64,000 nucleotides of DNA from Podarcis gaigeae (Eukaryota). The notes beneath the pieces are model-generated. The model did no database searches and was not told the origin of the DNA. It saw only the letters and a list, made by a program, of their open reading frames with translations. Shown one piece after another: positions 59,303 through 64,000 of the stretch; within the stretch, counting starts at the first letter, position 1, and each line of letters begins with the position of its first letter. The stretch lies in NCBI GenBank assembly GCA_964106915.2, contig OZ066919.1; one strand, 5' to 3'. The position numbers were made by a program, and so were the translations under genes.

Positions 59303-59464
59303 CAGTGGCGTAGCGTGGGTTGTCAGCACCCGGGGCAAGGCAAGTAATTTGCACCCCCTAACCCGTGGATTTGCGCCCCCTAACCCATGGATTTGCGCCC
59401 CTAACCCCCAGATGTTGCGCCTGGTGCGGCCGGCCCCCCCTGCACCCTCCACGCTACGCCACTG
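59303..59464 (+). mobile_element. CCCTAA-containing hAT-type MITE, copy 3
   Basis: TIRs cagtggcgtagcgtgg / ccacgctacgccactg; perfect TSD tccagtta at 59295-59302 and 59465-59472. Confidence 0.94.
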
Positions 59465-60932
59465 TCCAGTTATGCTATATAAAGTTGAGCAGTGTATGTG
59501 ATAAATTGCAAAAATATCCATCTTAGTCAACTGTCCTGTACTGAAGATAGGCAACTCCATAATAATATGATATAAAAGAGCAATAGAACCTGTGACCCCC
59601 TTATACGGTAACTGTTCTAGTGAATGTAGGAATAGGCTGTTATGAAGTAAATGTAGAAGAATATGTAAAAAAGCAAAATCCATCTGAAATATTGTAAACC
59701 AGAAAACTTGGTGAATTCCATGCCAGAATTCATTGCAAACAGCAGTAGATGCCATCATTTATGATTTGTCACTTGACTTGGGTTAACTTTTCTCTTGGAT
59801 TTAGGCATAGACAAGTATACTTTTTTGAGTATAACCATTCCTATGATTTAAATCTGCAGTGTCAATTAGCAAGGCATGTAGAAAAAGCCATTCTATGCTT
59901 AAACAAACACAGTGGCATCATGCAGCTTTATCCCCTGGTATCAAGTCCTACTCCAAAGTAACTGTAAGTAGGCTTGTAGCCACAAGCCTTGTTCAATTCA
60001 CTGGACCATATATGGGGAATTTTAGGCAAAATGAATGGCAGTTTATCTTATTTGATTGTGCCAAAGCTTTTAGCCATGGCCATTTCTCTAATACACTTTC
60101 AGCATTTAATCTTAGTTTTCAGAGTGTGGATGTTCCTTATTATTCAACATTTTGTTCTTTCCCATGTCACACTCTGCACTGCAAATTGAAATGAGCCATA
60201 CAATGTGCAAATATCAGTTTGAAGAACGCTATATTATCTTGGTTTACAAGTAGATACAGGGTCTGTAGCACCACCTTATGCTCTTCAGAAGCATAACAGG
60301 CTAGAGTTAGGGGTTTTTTCTGAGTTTTTCAATCCTTTCCACAACATAGACAGTGTTTTCTGCAGAATTATTGCAGCTGATTTTTTCTGTTATTTGAGAC
60401 ATACAAATCCACTCTGGCATTTAAATATTAGGAGTCAATATAGTGCAGTCTCAACAAGAGTGAATAGTGAGATGTCCCTGATTGAAACATTGTCTTAGCT
60501 AAGAATTTACAAGGTTGCCCTAGCAAGTTACTCTTTTCTCATCCTCTGCAACAACCCCGTCTATAATGTGGGATAAAACTGTAAACCTTAAAGCGTTGTT
60601 ATAGGGATGACTGAGATGATGTACATAGCATACTCTCAACACTCCAAGTGCCATATAATTTATAAGTGTTATTGTTGCTGTTGTTAGCAGTACTGTTCTA
60701 AGTTGTATCAGAAGATGCGTTGTTGTCGCAAGCAAATTTTCTGAAGGGGAATGTTCCAGTTTCCAATTATCCAAAGAATTATGCAGTAAATAAGGTTTGG
60801 AAAATAAACCTTCAAAAGACTTAAGACTTAAAGAATCGCTTGGCCAACAGATGGTAGGAGTGACTAACAAAGTCACTGCCTTACAAGGAATTAAGTAACT
60901 TCTTTTATATTAATTATTTGATTTGTCTCTAG

Positions 60933-61074
60933 GAATGGCAACAGGCACAGTCCAAAGGATGCTTCTTCTTAGAGGAAACTGGAGAGATAATTAGTCATAA
61001 ATATAAGTTGTTTTTATCTCAGAGATCTACAGTATGCATTACCATTAATCCTGTGAACCTTCGCCAAATGGAAG
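60933..61074 (+). CDS. EFCAB7: EFCAB7 exon (142 nt)
   Basis: gtctctag|GAA ... GAA G|gtagga; EWQQAQSKGCFFLEETGEIISHKYKLFLSQRSTVCITINPVNLRQME. Confidence 0.97.
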
Positions 61075-61304
61075 GTAGGAATACCTTTTTTTAAAAAAAA
61101 AACTAGGGGTTGAAAACTGGGAGATGTCCCTGTAATAGAACTGCACAAAGGATTAACGGAGCAGCCCAAGATAAAATGTAGTCATTGCAAATTCTTAGTT
61201 CTAGCATTTTTTTAAAAAAACCAAAAACATAATTGTTAATATTTGCGGCATATGTTGCTGTTGTTAACAGCAACAGCAGCAGCTTTCTGGTCTTTGACCA
61301 CAAT

Positions 61305-61306
<2 letters not shown>

Positions 61307-61354
<48 letters not shown>
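61307..61354. repeat. (AGAT)n microsatellite
   Basis: About 12 perfect units. Confidence 0.96.
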
Positions 61355-61537
61355 TGTATGCTGCAAACATGCATTCAATCACAAACATGCATGACAACTG
61401 TTTTCACTGCATGTGAGACCTTACAATGATAATGGGCAAAACACGATGGATTCTTTTGGTACCACTGTATTCAGCTGCATCACTCAGTTAATGACAGATT
61501 AGTGACTATTAGTACAATTTTGCTTGCTTTTTGACAG

Positions 61538-61647
61538 GAAAACCCTCTCCTTGGTTAGTGGTGGACACAGCTTTGTACATACTCAAAGAAAATGAAACTG
61601 AAGAAAACATACAGCTTGTCGGCTTCACTGAGCTACGAAATAAAGAG
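61538..61647 (+). CDS. EFCAB7: EFCAB7 exon (110 nt)
   Basis: ttttgacag|GA ... GAG|gtcata; (G)KPSPWLVVDTALYILKENETEENIQLVGFTELRNKE. Confidence 0.97.
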
Positions 61648-63093
61648 GTCATAGACATTTTAAAGTTACCTTTACTGACTTTATATATGTAGCATATTAA
61701 TAATGATGATATCTATAAATGGCTGGTACTTTGTGCTTTGCCATTGAGAAAATAGCTAAATTATCAATGAAGTAGTCAAGGAAACGTAATATTATCCCTA
61801 ACAGAATTAATACACTGTTAATTATATACTTTCCAAATATTTCCCCTGTGAACAAATGATAAAAGCCAAAATCTGAAGAATCCCTTTAAAAAGTTACTTA
61901 TGTTGGTTAGGCCTGAGAAGACTGTTGATTTCCTTCACAACACATAAATGTGGACTTGAATAAGCAACAGAACTTTCATTTTAATTTCCAAACTGTCCTC
62001 AAGTGAGTGTAGTAGAAATACTAAGATAAATCAAATACTTATTACTTTTATTTCCTCCTATACCAGATATGAGTCAATCCAAATGGAGGGCTTATCTTAT
62101 TATAAACCCAGTGTAAATAGGAGTCCAAGGCCTTCTATGTCCAATCATTTTATTTATTTATTTAGTGCAATAAGTATACATATGTAACCCACTTCTGGTG
62201 CAGAGTGCTGATGTCTTCCCTCAATATAGCATTTCTTTTGGAGGGCCATTGCAGTGTTCCCCACATTTGGCGTACTCTGTTTTGTATGTGATATAATGCC
62301 ATTATTACCCCTTTTCATCTAAGTCAAACAATATGTGACTTTAAGGATAGGATTCAAAAACATTTGGACTGGCCACATCCTTTTGTTTACAAAAAGTAGT
62401 TGCAGGAGTACAAGGACTGCCAGAGTATAGAGTTTAATCCTAAGGCCACACATAATTTTCTCATTGAAAGTTAGCTCTGAACCTGCTTCTCCAGTGTTTG
62501 AAAAACTACAATTGGTGAGAGAGATTCCCCATGCTCACACTGTTTTCGAGGTTTTACATATTGTATTTGTTACTTTGTAAACCACTTAGAGACTACCTTA
62601 AGCATTAAGTATATAATGGTACATAAACATATAAAATAAAATAAATTTGTTTGTTTGTTTACATGAAAATATGCTCACTTCCAGAAAACACGTCAGGGAA
62701 CTGGGCCCAAATCCACTGCATTCCAATCTACTTTATAGAGAGTGGGAATGTGCAGTTCTCCTCCACGTTTTATGCATTTATTACAGCAAATACTTGTGTA
62801 CCCAGGTTGCCTTGTAAAGGGTGAAGCAGTGCTGTGTGAGCTTTTGAGCACAGGCTTCTCCTTTCTGAGTCCAGAACTCAATTCTGTGCACTTTATTGGC
62901 TCTTACTTTATTATCTCCAGTTCCTTTATCTCTAGTTACTTTATTATCTCTAGTTCCTTAATCTATGTTATCTACATGTGGGAAAGGTCTACAAGATAGG
63001 GACTCAAATACTTGTTAGGCTTGTATGAGGAGAAAGAATGATGGTGGTCAGAAATCTAAAGCATCCTGCATCTATTTTTTTCCTTTGTGGTAG

Positions 63094-63245
63094 GTTTTTG
63101 GTTGGAGAGGCGAACTTGAAGGTGGTGTCTATTGGGTAATTCCTTTCACCACAGGCTGTAGATTCAGAAAATCAAAAAAGCAAATTAGAAGAGAAGCCAA
63201 ACTTGTACATGGAGATGGAGAATTCACAGCTACCAAAGAGTTCCG
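63094..63245 (+). CDS. EFCAB7: EFCAB7 exon (152 nt)
   Basis: ttgtggtag|GTT ... CG|gtaagg; VFGWRGELEGGVYWVIPFTTGCRFRKSKKQIRREAKLVHGDGEFTATKEF. Confidence 0.97.
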
Positions 63246-63407
63246 GTAAGGCAGGCCAGCTTTTGTGAAATTTAGGCTCTTCATGTTGCTGAAAAAATTG
63301 TCTCCCAAAGAAATCAGTCTTCTGAAATGAACTGATGAGTGAGTCCAAGGGATGAAATGAAGGAAGCAGACAATCTGTTGAGCTGCTTTTTCTCTTCAAC
63401 CTTTCAG

Positions 63408-63541
63408 AGCAGCCTTATCAGAAATATTTGAAATGATTGATTTGGATGGGAATGGCTTTCTCAGCCTGGAAGAGAACAACTTCTTTGAAATGAGAACTAG
63501 TGGAGAAAAGTGTGATGAAGAAGCTTGGGCCATATGCAAAG
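63408..63541 (+). CDS. EFCAB7: EFCAB7 exon (134 nt), EF-hand 3; gene continues beyond the window
   Basis: cctttcag|A ... AAA G|gtaaca; (R)AALSEIFEMIDLDGNGFLSLEENNFFEMRTSGEKCDEEAWAICK with canonical loop DLDGNGFLSLEE. Confidence 0.97.
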
Positions 63542-64000
63542 GTAACATTGAAATTATCTATATGCAAATTTAACCTCTCTATGCCCAAGTGCAGCGTCAT
63601 CTATCTGAATGCCTTTGGCAATATTATTCAGATAATCATATGATTAAATAGAAATGCTGATTACATAGATTCACAGTTCATTAGCATGAGGCTACATGGA
63701 AGGAACAATATAGTTCGCTAACTGTTAATGTAGTTTGGGTGTATTCACGGGCAACGTTATTTTTCTAATGAAAATATACCATAGAATTCAGCATCTTAAG
63801 CTCTGTGTGACATATATTGCTTTGTCATCTCCCCCCTCCCTTATTGCTTTGTGCTGTTGTTACGAGGTCTTTCTATTACTTCATAAATTCATTTTTTCCC
63901 TCTTTCTTCTTTTAGCGTGCATCTCTGTAATATCAAAGGCAGCTCCTTCAGTCCCCTGACTGTCATTTTCAGTCTCCCTGCAAGCTCTCCCATTTCCTTT

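Noticed and set aside
62903-62960. Short tandem duplication (ttactttattatctc.agttcctt) and similar ones at ~11149-11172 and ~45337-45375
   Set aside because: Two or three copies only, no unique spacers; ordinary slippage, not a CRISPR-like or functional array.

Overview
Vertebrate genomic DNA from a squamate, most likely a lacertid lizard (inferred from Sauria SINEs, BovB and the other repeat families). It covers the conserved ALG6 - ITGB3BP(CENP-R) - EFCAB7 block. The window holds the last eight coding exons of ALG6 (+, 1-8271, ending in a KKxx ER-retrieval motif). It holds a complete ITGB3BP/CENPR coding model (-, ATG at 43515, stop at 17588-17590, 174 aa if the tentative 28-nt exon 2 is right). 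It also holds the first nine coding exons of EFCAB7 (+, ATG at 49495, running off the right end). ITGB3BP and EFCAB7 are head-to-head on a CpG island (~43420-43930) with E2F-like and RFX X-box-like motifs. Introns contain five Sauria SINEs, tRNA-headed SINEs with L2 or CR1 tails, BovB/CR1/L2 fragments, many short DNA-transposon MITEs with readable TIRs and TSDs, microsatellites and two assembly gaps. Almost all entries in the ORF track are spurious; real coding sequence was reconstructed exon by exon from splice sites, reading-frame phase and recalled similarity to the human proteins. No database searches were run. I found no clearly new multi-gene system. The best leads are: a young hAT-type MITE family carrying telomere-like CCCTAA units (3 copies); a clean in-frame 168-nt candidate cassette exon in ALG6; an apparently replaced CENP-R exon 2; a divergent promoter pairing a kinetochore gene with a ciliary gene; and repeat-free, motif-dense intronic blocks that may be long-range enhancers.
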